DNA of 64,000 nt from Dipteris shenzhenensis (taxonomy: Eukaryota). The notes below the pieces were generated by a model, which ran no database searches, had not been told where the DNA came from, and worked only from the letters and a program-made list of their open reading frames with translations. The stretch is taken from the NCBI GenBank assembly GCA_047967505.1, contig CM106538.1; one strand, written 5' to 3'. Positions 51,860 to 64,000 of this stretch are shown here, piece by piece. A program made the translations under genes and the position numbers. Each line of letters begins with the position of its first letter. The first letter of the stretch is position 1.

Positions 51860-53460
51860 ATCTCATCAATCTGAGCTACGGTTTGGTTATGGCCATTTTT
51901 TATTCTCATCACATCTCCACGGATCCTTTCATTGGCAAAAGGATACTAGAAGGATGAAAAGACTTAATCTTGATTTCATAGCTAGATAGAACAAAACAAT
52001 AACATACTTTTTATTTATTCAAAAACTTACTTTTGATTGCATGGCTAGAAAGAGCACAAAAATTCCAATTCTTTTCTTTTTACAACTCATCAATCCGAGC
52101 TACGATTTGCAAGTTATGACCATTTTTTCACCATCATCACGTCTCCATGGACCCTTTCACTGGTGAAATGGTCTTAGAAGGATGAAAAAATATTATTTTT
52201 AACTGCATGGTTAGGCGGAACACAAAAATTACATCACTTTTTCTTTTTACAGCTCAGCAATCCGAGCTACGGTTTGAGAGTTGTGACCTAGTTTTTACAT
52301 TCATCACATCTCTATGGACACTTTCGCCAACAAAAGGGTCCTATAAAGATGCAAAAACTTACTTTTGATTGCACATCTAGATAGAGAAAAAGATTAAATC
52401 ACTTTTCCTTTTTACATCTCATCATTTCGAGCTATGGTTTCAAAGTTATGACCATTTTTTCACTACCATCACGTCTCCATGGACCCTTTCGCTGCTCGCA
52501 GTCTCGAAGAAATATTATATTTGATTGCATTGTTAGATGGATCACAAAAATTACATCACTTTTTGTTTTTATATCTCACCAAATTTGAGAGGCTCGTCAC
52601 ATATCCATGGACCCTTTCACTGGTGAAAGGGTCCTAGAAGGATGCAAAATACTACTTTTGACTGCATCTTGGCTAAGAAACACTATCTGCTTGGATCCTT
52701 TCAAAATTTTTTGTTTCCAAAGAGTGAATAAACCAAAATTTCATAAGTTTTAAGGCTCTTCAACAAAAAATAAGCTCATAGGACTCTTTTGCTAGCAAAA
52801 GAGTCATTTGAAATTTTTTTGGATGCATTCAAATTGAAAATAAATAAATGAATCTCGATCTTTGAAAAGACCATGAGATTGGAGCCGACCGAATGGTCCT
52901 ATGGTGTTTTTACAAACCGAACTTGATTTAATTTCTTGAGGCTCTATACAACAAAGAAAAATTCCAAGAGACCCTTTGGCCAACAAAAGGGTCCTATGGC
53001 TATTTTTAAGACCTTAATTTAGCATCAACTCTCTATGTATTACTAGCCCTTCTCCATTGCAACTTGCGTCGCTTCTCTTTTGGAGCATCCACTTCACCCC
53101 CCCTTTTGAACTTCACCTCATCATCTCCCCTCCATTAAGGGGAGCTATGATAAATGGAGGTGACCTCTCAAAAACCATGGAAAGTCATCATGATGATGGT
53201 TAACAAAAGTGCTCATAACTCTATAACCGTAGCTTGGATTGATGAGATGTAAAAATAAAATGTCATGTACGTTTTGTCTTGTATTTGACTATGTAGTCAA
53301 AATAAAAATTCAGCATCTTTCTAGGACCCTTTCACTAGCAAAAGGGTTCATGGAGATGTGATAATGGTCATAACTCTCAAACTATAGCTTTGATTGATGA
53401 ACTATGAAAAGGGCAAATGATGTATTTATAAAACTCTATCCAGTCAAATGGTCAATATAA
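51860..53460. repeat. Array of ~165-220-bp repeats (ctcatcaatccgagctacggtttg..ttatgaccattttt..cacgtctccatggaccctttc), with inverted copies; probably the subterminal region of a DNA transposon
   Basis: Direct copies at about 51862, 52086, 52252, 52418 and 52574. Inverted copies (cataactct..aaccgtagcttggattgatgag) at about 53214 and 53369. Confidence 0.7.
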
Positions 53461-53491
53461 TTTTATAAAAAAATTTGGTCTTCCCAACATT

Positions 53492-53494
<3 letters not shown>

Positions 53495-53537
<43 letters not shown>

Positions 53538-53848
53538 GATTACCATGCCAAACATGAGTATATACATGATGCAATGCATCAAAAGAGACTCTTCCTCTAG
53601 AGGAAGAGGAAGAGGAAATACTACATTTTATAATAAGAGTGGAGGCAAGAGGACATTAACTAGCCAAGATGTTGGAGTTGAGAGAAAGAGAGAGGATCAC
53701 CATGCCAAACATGAGTATATACATGATGTAGTGCACCAAAAGAGACTCTTCCTCTAGAGGAATAGGAAGAGGAAGAGGAAATACTACATTTTCTAAGAAG
53801 AGTGGAGGCAAGAAGACTTCAACTAGCCAAGATGTTGGAGTCGAGAGA
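53495..53848. repeat. (AG)20 microsatellite followed by a 157-bp tandem duplication
   Basis: AG run at 53495-53534. catgccaaacatgagtatatacatgatg at 53544 and 53701. Confidence 0.9.
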
Positions 53849-54689
53849 TTTAGTGGGACACATGAAGAGCTTCTCCATGATATTGAGGGGGAAGAGGGGG
53901 GGAAGACGAATATCATGATGAGAAGGAGGAGAGCAAGCCTCAAGTATGTAGATGATAGTGAGAGAGGTGGGGGTCACATTGGTTTGGAGGCCAATGATGC
54001 CAACTTTGAATTGGCAAGTGGGGAGATATCATTAGCAAATGGAGGGTTTTTAGTTCAAATTAAAATCCTTGAATACCCTTACGTACACAATCATTCGTTT
54101 AAGGGTTAGGTGGTATATAGTAGTCCTTATGGTGTGTGGGGATTCCATACTAGGGTACATATCTAATGTTATGGTTTTATGATATTTTCAATTGACCAAT
54201 GTAGTGGTTAGATGAGGGTTAGATTGCACATTGTCGAAAATACTTTGAGTATGATATGTTTGCTTACTTTCAAAGCATGGATATGATCATGACTACAATA
54301 TATTGCTTTACATCTTTGGTATATGCTTGAAGGTATGTACTTGTAGTATGACAAGAATTACATCATATCTATAGTGTTTTGTGTTTTGTGGTTTGTGTGC
54401 ACATTCTATGTTGGTATTGTATTTTTGGTGCTACATGGTTGGACAAACCTAGAGGGTATGCAGTGAAGGCATCAAAAGGGTGCACAACATCATTTCTCTA
54501 GGAAAGGGTATATCATGAAAGGTCATTGGAATCAAGCTTGGAGCTAGAAGCTCATGGGTTTGAACTCATGAAAAAATCATACTCCAAAAATTTGATTAGC
54601 AACTCTAAAAAGGTCCAACAAATCTCACACTCGTAATTAAAACATTAGAAATACTTACTTTTAAAATAAGTTGAGCATATAAAACATTC

Positions 54690-56085
54690 CTAAACCCTAA
54701 ATACCAAATTGTAGACCCTAAACCCTAATCTTAAACCCTAGATAGTAAATCACAAATTACAGATCCTAAATCTAAGATCTTACATCCTAGATGTTAAAAC
54801 CTAAACCATAAACCCTAAATCCTAAACCCTAGACCTTTGACCACAAACCCTAGACTTCTTAAAACTTCTCTGCAGCTTGATCTCAACGTTTTCCACTTCA
54901 AAATATGTTTTCTTGAATTCTTGAAAGTATATCGTCAGAATGAGTTCATCTCGATACCAAAGATATTTATGTTCTTGCATATAAAAAATGTCACATTGCA
55001 AGATATTGCCCAATTTGCAAAGTCTCCATGTGGAATTTTTACGTGTACTTTAAGATTGATCATGTTGGTGATTATCACTATGCATCTTCTCTCACCACAA
55101 CATTGGAAATGACACACATAATAGGATCAAAACTAGGAATTTTTCCAAAGGCGACCACTGCAATCTCCTCATATTACACCACATCCATACCCTCTATAAG
55201 GGTGAATACATGTTTTATGAAAAATAGATTAGCAATTGTAAAAAAGATCCAACAAATTTCACACTTGTAATTATTAACATTAGAAATACTTAATTTTATA
55301 ACAAATTGAGTTGATAAAACATTCCCAAACCCTAAATCCCAAATTTTAGACCTTAAACCTTAATCTTAAACCCTAGACCTAAATCCTAGATAGCAAACCA
55401 CAAATCGAAGATCCTAAATCTAAGATCTTACATCCTAAATGCTAAAACCTAAACCATAGACCCTAAATCCTAACCCGTAGACTTTGACCATAAGCCCTAG
55501 ACTTCTAAACCCTAGATTCTACACTCTAAACTCTTAACCTTATACACTAACCTGTAAGCCATAAACCCTAAACTCTAGACCCTAGACCCTTACCCTAACC
55601 CTTAGATCCTAGAATCTAAACTCTTAGCCTTATACATTAACCTATAAGCCCTAGAACCTAAACCCTAAATCTTACATGCTAAACCCTAAAATTGAGACTC
55701 TAAACTCTAGACCTTAGAACTTAAACCCTAGATTTTAGATGCTAAACTCTTAACCTTATACACTAACCTATAAGCCCTAAACCCTAAATCCTAAACCCTA
55801 AGCTCAAGACCCTAAACCCTAAAACCTAGACTTTAGACCCCTAGACCCTAGATTCTACAATCTAAACTCTTAAGATTATACACCAACCTATAACCCCTAA
55901 ACCCCAAACCCCAAACCCTAAACCCGAGATCCTTGAACCTAGACCCTTGCCCCTATATCCTAGACCCTAAAATCTAGATCTTAGACCCTAAATTTTGGAT
56001 CTTAGGCCTTAGACCCTAAACCCTAAACCCTAGACCATAGATCATAAACCCTACCTAAACCCTAAATTGCAATGAATAATTTATA
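54690..56085. repeat. Degenerate interstitial telomere-like array (CCCTAAA/CCCTAGA) with higher-order repeats
   Basis: Dozens of aaaccct/agaccct units. Higher-order units ctaaactcttaaccttatacactaacct at about 55526, 55616, 55742 and 55862. Confidence 0.8.
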
Positions 56086-56298
56086 AAATATATTAATTTG
56101 TGCAACAGGTTGTGTGCATCCCTAAACTATTGCACATGTAACAAATGGGTGCACCCCCAACCTATTGCATGTGCGATAGGGTTGGGTGTGCACCAACCTT
56201 TTTACAGGAATCATAAAATTTCCTTGATTTGGTAATAGGTTGGCCAACTTGTTACACGTGCAATAGGTTGGGGGTAACACATGCCTAACAAGATAATT

Positions 56299-57800
56299 GA
56301 AATCTTGCAGAGTGGCATAGAAGCCAAGATGCTAGTAGATGGGAGCAAAAAAGCCATATATTAACACATTAAGGACAAACACAATCAATGGACAAACTTT
56401 ATGTGTGGTGCAAATTGCAATGGATAGATGCATTGGCACGAGCACATGCAAGGCCTATGGCACAATGGCATTAGTTGAGAGCACTTGATAGCTGCACAAA
56501 AAGTAGCTAAGAGAAGCTCATATTAGCTGACATAGGAGGGCCAGAAGCCAACAGTAGAGGCCACACAATGAGGAAAGAACAACATAGAAGCATGTAAACT
56601 ATGCACAGATGGCAAACTAGTAGTAGACCAGGTTGATGCTAGGGACAAGTGGCAACAAGAATAGATGGAAAAATCAAGGGAAGGATGTTGAGTTATGGTG
56701 CCATGAGCACGTATAAGAGGCTAAGGTATGGTATAGGAATGTATTAAAGTAGCCACCCTAGGACATCCACAAGGAGAGATGTGGATCAGAGGATCCCATA
56801 GGTGTTGACTATTCAAAGGGCTCTCTCTATATAAGAATCCTATTATGTATTGTTGATTATATATGTTGAAATAGATTGAGTGTTTCCTATTCGGTGTCTC
56901 TCTCCTCATGTTTTTCATTGTATGCTTTGAGCCTCCGTAGTAGATACATTGATCTCATGTACACTAGGCTTAGCATGATCCCACTATATTGACATGGTAT
57001 GAGAGCTTAGGTTTAGCTAAGCCTAGATTGAGATTAAGAGGTCTACTCTATTGATTGAGAGAGACAAGCATAGGGACTCAAGAGATAGCTTTGAGAGAGA
57101 GACTCCCTAGAACATCAAGCAACTTCGATGTGCAATAGGCACAACTCGACCGTAGAGCACCAAGCGACCTTTGCAATAGCTCAACATTCCGGACTGCTTT
57201 GCCTCTGCCATCTACAATAGCTCCAAAGGCTCAAACGTCCCTCAATGACTTGACTCACCCACCTCCACCAAGAACTTTCCAGGGGCTGCCACTCCATCTG
57301 CAACTTGTCTCCATTGAGAGATCCACATCAAGGCGATGAGAGGCAACTCTACTAAAGCCTCACAACCAAGCAAGGCCAACTGGCTCAGCCTTCAACAAGG
57401 ACCATGCCTTTAATAGCACCAAGAGACTTCCACTGGATTCTCGGCTGAAGTGCATCTCCTTTATTGACAGAACAGCGACCTTCCAAGCCTCCACGTGACT
57501 CGCCACAAGCCTGAGCTTCAATAACTACAACAGCTGACCACATGCAATGCCCATAGCCTCACGAATGTATCAATGCTCTACTGGCTAGCTCCTACTCTAC
57601 AGAAGCCAAGGATCAAAGCTTCATCCTGGCGGCTCCCAGTAACCAGTCTCCTTGATGACATGCTCGGCTACTCAACCAAGCCATCCTTGATGACATGCTC
57701 GACTACTCTGTCTAAGGCCTCAAGGCCTCCAACACCATAGCTCCTAGTTGCATGCAATGCTCACAGCAGACGAAATCTCCTTCCTCTCTTTCGATATTCA
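56299..57800 (+). mobile_element. LTR retroelement 5' portion: LTR, PBS and non-coding interior (outer boundaries approximate)
   Basis: ...TTGACA directly followed by TGGTATGAGAGC at about 56996-57007 (tRNA-iMet PBS, one mismatch). TATA-like ctatataag at about 56827. No recognisable gag. Confidence 0.6.
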
Positions 57801-60313
57801 TCCACATCAATGATTTGTACGTTCACTCAATCCTAAAGGTCTAGCCTATGTATTTTTTGAATTTAAACATTTTTTCCTTTTTGACAATTCTTTGCATTGA
57901 TATGTGATGACTTATATGACACTATGAGGTCCTTAGTCCTCAATCAATATACCGATCATTAGGGGAGAATTGGGGTCTCAAAAGGGCCTCATAAGGAATG
58001 GGTTAAGAAATGGATTAGGCTAATGCAAGACCTCTTGTGGGGTCCAAGGGAGTCCTAACCCCCCCAACTTAGGTGGGTTAAGCCTAGTAATCCCACCTCT
58101 TATACCTAGGAGGGGGCCACCTCTTACACCAAGTAGGGGGCACTTCTCACAAAGTCAAAATTTTGAATTTTGAATTTGAATTCCCTCTCTCTCCCTCCTC
58201 CCCCCATCGTCCAAAGTCAAAATTTTGAATTGTGAATTTTGAATTAGCCCCATCCTCCTCCCTGTCTCCCTCCTCCTTCTCTTCCCACACATCCCATTCC
58301 TCCTCCTCCTCCTCTTCGTCTCTCCCCCCTCCTCGCTCCTCCCTCCACCCCTCCTCCTCCCTTTGTCCACATGCCTCCTCCTCCGTCCTCCCACATGTGT
58401 CCTCCTCCTTCCCCCCCTATTGCTTTTTCTTACTCCTCCTCCTCCCTCATGCTCATCCATTCTCCTCTTCCCTCATGCTCATGCCAACTCCTCCTTCCTC
58501 CTACTCATGCATGCTCCTCTTGCCTCATGCTCATGCCTGCTCCTATTGCTTCTCCTCCTCCTACTCATGCGTATTCATCTACTCGCATCCTCACACCTAG
58601 TCGTCTGCTTGATTCTCTTCCCTCATAATCATTCATGGCCCTTCTCATCCCTCCTCAAACATGACCTACGTTCTATCATGGCCTATCACAGTCTTTGTAA
58701 ACTCTATGATTATTGATGCAACATTTGAAGAGATCTCCCATGTTACCATGTGACCATATAGTTGCAGGATCAATATATCTTTTTTTTCAAGAAAAGAAGC
58801 ATCTTGAACCACTGGAGGTGCTCTAAAGAGGAGAATAAGAGCTAATAGGTTAATTCCATAGTGTTTTAATGTAATTTCTTACTTTGGATTATCCACAGTG
58901 GTCCATTGCTTTTGCTAAGGTTCCCTTAGTTGTTCTTTCAGTAACTTCATGGAGGATGATATGAGAATGGTGGGCGTGGATGATATGGACTCTTCATATC
59001 AAAAGATACAAACTCATGCATGAGCAAGTTGTTTTGGAGGTGATGCAAGAATTGAAGGGAATGGTGATGCAAATTAGATGCCTAGAGCTCATCATACTGC
59101 TAATGTAAGTCTTGAAGCTCCAAAGTTGACTGAAGAAGAAGAATTCACATGATGCATTACATTTGTTTAAATTTAAATTTCTAAAATGATGTTTCTTCAT
59201 GTGTGTAGTAGCAAGCAAGAATGGAGAATCTATCCATTTGGAACAAGAAGGCATGGAGAATTCACAGTGTTGACCCAAGGCAACCTACATGATCCATTCC
59301 AATGTGTTGTAGATGAGATTATAAAAACTTACGAGTTGAATGTGAGATTCTAAATAGCATAGCGGTCTTTCTAAAGACTTAATCGAGGATTCAAAGACCC
59401 TATTATTGGTGTATTAGAGCAAAAGAAGAAGAGAAACAGGCTATGAAACCTCTTTGTAATACAATTTGAAATACAAACACCTATTTCTAATAATATTCTT
59501 CTATCTAAAGCTAAAATGTTTCGTGTATCTATGGCTAAATGGTGAATCTTTTGTTATGGCTGTTTTAATGATCTGTTGTTTTTAATATTGCATCTTTTTT
59601 TATATCACCTTGCACACAAAAGTTATATTACATTTTGATGTAACTTACAATTCAATAAAATGTTGTTTGCCAAGTTGGCCATTCCAATACATATGTAGAA
59701 GGGATTTTACCATGGCACCACATTGATTAGATGGAGTGTTAAAAAAACAAAATTTAAGATTTTCCTACATCACCTTGTAAAGGATTTGATGCATTTCATG
59801 ATTTTCTACGAAGAAATATAGATTTTGAAGAGGTAGATGAAGGAATCACCTTATGTGCCTTGTAGCACAACTCTGGTAAGTCCCTTAGGAAATATATTTT
59901 CTATATAATTTCTTTCCCTTGGAGGAACCTTGTAGGTTGGCTATGTCAATGTAATTTTTAATTTAATCCAAAAGACTTTGATCTTCCACTACATCACCTT
60001 GCAATTTTAAATTTCTTTGTTTATCTTGCCTTTGGAGCCACCTTTTAGGTTGGCAAAGCCAATGTAATTTTTTATTTAAATCACTAAATCACCTTGAAAT
60101 AATTTGATGCATTACATGAGAAAATATATATTTTGAAGAGGTATCTAAAAATTTCATTTTCTATGTTTTCTTGGTCATGGAGGTTGGCTATGTCCATGTA
60201 TCTTTTATTTTAATTTTTAGGTTGGCTACTATATCAGCTTGTAAAGGATTGATGCATTTCATGATTTTCTATGAAGAGATTTTGACGGGTAGATTAAGGA
60301 ATATGACAACTTC

Positions 60314-60581
60314 GACCATTTCAATGTCCATTTTTGACAAATGTAGGAGAAATTTACCGTGACGCAGAAGGCAAAGTTGGTCAGGACATCATGGGCTATC
60401 CAAAAATGCCAAAACCCGCCACAGCGTGAGTTTGGCCAATTGGACACCCTCCAAATGGCCAAATTCGTGACGTGGCAGGTTTTGGCATTTTTGGACACCC
60501 CATGACATCTTGATGAACTTTGCCTTCTACGCTATGGTCGAATTCCTCCTACATTTGCAAAAAATGGTCACCAAAATGACC
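60314..60581. repeat. Long inverted repeat / foldback hairpin (~130-bp arms, 5-nt loop)
   Basis: Left arm catttttgacaaatgtaggag...tccaaaaatgccaaaacccgccac...tttggccaattgga, loop CACCC (60445-60449), right arm tccaaatggccaaa...ggttttggcatttttgga...ctcctacatttgcaaaaaatg. About 80% arm identity by eye. Confidence 0.88.
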
Positions 60582-62237
60582 ACACTTGGTTTCACGAGAG
60601 TATTTTTTTGACTTAGAATATTCATAATATTTTCCTAAATTAATTTTATAAAAAAATTTATACAAGTAGTAGAACTTAATTGCATGGAATATGAAGAGAA
60701 TAGTAAAATAGCTATAACTTTTGCGCTATAACTCTGATTGCAAATATTTTTAGTTGAAAATCAAGAGCATGAGTAGCTCTATGATATTTGACTAGAAAAA
60801 TAGGGTCCATGACCCTATTTTTTCTCGAATGTTAAAATTCAATGTAGAAGACCTTTAAAAATTAGTCACAAGTTGAGGGGCTCATAAATTTGTAATTACT
60901 TTGGATACAAATGAAGGAAAAGGGACAAGTTTGCATATAAAAGATTCACCTCTCTACACAACAAACTTGGAGGTGGTGTATTCTATACTCTACTTGATTC
61001 AAAGCAACATTACCTTATATTGCATTAACAACATATTCAAACTTAACCATGATTGAATCAAAATTATTGTTATGAAATGGTATCTTGCAAGGAAGAGAAT
61101 ATGATAACATGTACATATTTGTATTATAATCTCTCCATTCAAATAAAAATACTCTTCATAGCCTGCACCTCCTCTTTTCTACCTCTAATACATAGAAAAA
61201 AGAGGCTTTTGAAATCCCTAAGTAAGATCCTAATACAAATACAATTAAGGCTCTCCTCTCAAGGTAGCCAAGCACAATTTCCAATTGGATACAATGCAAT
61301 AGGGGAAGCCATGTGATGTGGATCACAATGATCAAGCTGCTAATACATTGATACACTTCAATAGTTAAGTAGGCCATTCTAAAAATTAGATGTGGAAGAC
61401 CACAATGTATCCTCCTACTCGACTAATATAGTGCACCAATGAGTGATTTCAACCAAATGTGCTATGAAAGTTGGCCTCTCGAGGAGATAACTCCTTAATC
61501 TCAAATGCCTCCTGCATCAATTCAATAATTATTACATTAGTAGACCTAACAAAGAACATTACATTAAAAAACCATAAAATATAAATCAATACATAGGATG
61601 CTTACCATCATAGCATTGTCTCCTTTAATTGTGATTATTCCCTAAAACTTTTCCTCTCTTCCCATGTTCATTGACCTTTGCATGATGCAAGCAAGACAAA
61701 TAGGTATAAACTGTAAACTTTAGACATGAAAACTTTAGGCACGAAAACTTTAGACATGAAACCACACAATAAAACCATCAAAATAAAATGCATGTTTTTA
61801 ATGTCCTCCAAGTGATGAAGAAAACCTATGCAAATTTCAAAGGGCCCAACCTACAATTTATGGACAGCCCCTAGTCAAACATTGTTTGATGTTGCATGAG
61901 GGATAAAATGGACATTTTTCATGCATTTCTCTAGATTCTTGCCTACCATTTCACCATTTCAAGTAAAGTTGAAGGAATATACATTTTGTTTTCCATGACT
62001 AAAGGGTATTCTTGCACAACTTAGAGACAGTCCATTGTCAGTTATATCAAAGATTCCACTACTTCCCACTCCTATGTTAAAATCGACTCTTGACACCCAC
62101 ACTTGTAAAGAAGATAGGCAAGGAAGGTACATAGAAATACATACTTACTCTTGGGAAGCTTACCCTTGGCAAAACCTTCCATGGCTACCTAGTTAGTCAA
62201 ACTATAAGTTCAAGTCATCCAATGCATTTTTTGTGTT

Positions 62238-62481
62238 CTAGAATACACTAGAGCTCACAATATTGTCAACTTCTATCATTTTCTTCTTGACGATGCCTCT
62301 AGAACACATTAGAGCTCACAATATTGCCAACTTTGGTCACTTTGTTCCTGACCATGCCTCTACAACACACTGGAGCTCACAATATTGCCAGCTTGTGTCA
62401 CTTTCTTCTTGACTATGCCTCCAGAACACACTAGAGCTCACAATATTGCCATCTTGTGTCACCGTGTTCTAGACCATGCCT
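62238..62481. repeat. 61-bp minisatellite x4
   Basis: ctagaacacactagagctcacaatattgcc... at 62238, 62299, 62360 and 62421. Confidence 0.9.
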
Positions 62482-63397
62482 ATTGGAAAAACAATAGCAG
62501 TAGGATGGGAAAGAGTAGTTGTACCCTATATGAGAGGGAAAAACAAGAGGGAAAAAGCACCTATAGGAGGGCAAAGAGTTGCTATAGCAGAAGGAAAAGC
62601 ACCTGTAGGAGGGCAAAGAGCACCTGTATTAGAAGGAAAAGTGCATGTAGAATGGAAAGAGCACCTATAGGAGACGGTTGAGCAAGAGGCCATAGAGCAA
62701 GAGAGGGGAGATCAAGAGAGGAAAGAGAAGGTAGAGGTAGAGCATGAGGGGATAGAGCAAGAGGAGGCACAGAAATAATGAGAAGACCAAGAGAGAGAAG
62801 ACGAGCTCAAGGTTTTGCAACCCAAATTTTGAAAAATGGAGGGAGAGAGCAATTGGACCAAAGAGCAGAGGAGAAGAGAGAGAGGGGGAAGGCCTAGAGT
62901 AGGCTAGAGGACAAAAGAAATTCGTCCAAAAGGTCCCACAATGGAGGGAGAGGGTAGTTGGACCAAAGTAGAGGAGCAGAGAAAGGGGGCAGGCCTACAG
63001 TAGGCTAGAGGACAAAAGAAATTCCAAAAGGTCCCACAGGGAGAGGGATGTTGGAACAGAGTAGAGGAGTAGAGAAAGACAGGCCAGACCTGCAACACCC
63101 CCAAGGAGAAGAGAAATTCACCCACAAAGGCCCATAAAAACTTAAATGAGATTTGGGGCTGGTGGGTGCACATGGGAGGGTGGTCAAGAATGGGTTAAGG
63201 GAGGGGAGCATGGTTTGGGTGGTCCCCAATGTAAGAGGAATAGACAATAGGGGATCTCTGCATGCTTGCCATCCCTCCACCTCAACATACCATTGCCCCA
63301 CACAAAGGAGCACTCTCATTGGTACACCTCAAATCCCTCTCTAATCCTTAAAATTAGGAAACACTAATTGGAGGCCCTTTTGAGACCCCATTTCTAT

Positions 63398-64000
63398 TGA
63401 GATATCGAGCTCCACTCGTGATATGCCAGGGTGACCATTGTGCATTTATGTCACCGACTTGTTAGCTGCAAATGCGGTTGGTACACCACCCATGAATAAT
63501 AGCTGGATGACAGCTATCCTTATCTACTCTAGTTCGTGGCTCAGTTAGTATGCGACCTTAGTTAGCTGAGTTTGGTTTGAGACCCACACATAGGGTTCTT
63601 CTATTTCTTTGTACTAGAGTTCTTTTGGCTTTCACAACTAAGAAGAGGAAAACTCTTTTCAGCCTCCACCTTTGTGTGTATTCCCCCATTGTGTATGTGA
63701 GAAAGCCACAAGTGAGACTCCTTCCCTCTCTTCCATTATCTTCACATGGTATCAGAGCCTGGTTCGTGGTAAGGAGCTCAAGAAAGCAAACCAAGTTTGC
63801 GGTGTCCTGGTAAGAGGACCAGTGTTGCTTTCCTTTTTCGAGTTTTGGAGAAAATCTCTACAGGTAGCACAGCCGGAAGTGCAAGAGTGCACTGTCTCAG
63901 ATTAAGACGCCCTTCGCGGTGTGGCAAAAGGGTAGTATATGCTACGAGTAGTATATTTTCTAATTCGAGGCCATTTCGGGGCCCGTTTTGAAGGCAGAAG
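63398..64000 (+). mobile_element. 5' end of an LTR retrotransposon (LTR, PBS, 5' UTR), running off the window
   Basis: TGAG(63398)...TTCACA(63746) followed by a perfect PBS TGGTATCAGAGC (63747-63758). Confidence 0.8.

Larger units (their letters stand above)
57962..63395. mobile_element. TIR-bounded DNA transposon remnant, possibly PIF/Harbinger
   Basis: AGAATTGGGGTCTCAAAAGGGCCTC (57966-57990) and GAGGCCCTTTTGAGACCCCATTTCT (63371-63395) form a 24/25 inverted repeat. Left end is TTA|GGGG. Right end abuts an LTR start at 63398. Only weak, decayed coding hints inside. Confidence 0.5.

Noticed and set aside
54865-55220. Spacer inside the telomere-like array as a captured gene fragment
   Set aside because: The most protein-like minus frame has many stops, including three in a row, and no recognisable motif.
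58155-58716. Arg/Gly-rich and Ser/Pro-rich ORFs
   Set aside because: They come from a (CCT)n/ctcatg low-complexity tract.
62238-62481. 61-bp periodic repeat as a CRISPR array or coding repeat
   Set aside because: The whole unit is repeated with no unique spacers, and 61 is not a multiple of 3. It is an ordinary minisatellite.

Overview
This is eukaryotic DNA, most likely from a large-genome land plant (inference: GT-AG introns, tRNA-iMet primer-binding sites, TTTAGGG-like repeats, plant-type CACTA, Copia and Gypsy motifs; a fern or other seed-free plant is a guess). The first ~8.2 kb holds the 3' part of a + strand host gene of unknown function. Six exons splice in consistent phase (61-162, 586-943, 1051-1094, 7225-7597, 7698-7750, 7875-7996). 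Its 6.1-kb intron carries a complete non-autonomous LTR element (TSD CAAAC), a young GC-rich 5'-truncated LINE (16-bp TSD) and an older inverted LINE relic. The remaining ~55 kb is nested, mostly decayed transposons: several Ty3/Gypsy relics, a full-length Ty1/Copia (43413-48396, TSD CTTAC) inserted into a LINE, a truncated Copia, a rearranged CACTA element, a possible PIF/Harbinger-like TIR element containing a ~270-bp hairpin, degenerate telomere-like arrays and many local tandem duplications. The most unusual items are two decayed copies of an intron-containing DDD transposase with DFAENY / WSDG / HGKGEHDG motifs resembling Sola2, and two apparent inversions whose breakpoints fall inside coding motifs (a Gypsy RNase H and a CACTA TnpA). 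I found no intact novel multi-gene system, RNA gene or CRISPR array. All family assignments rest on motif recognition by eye, not database searches.
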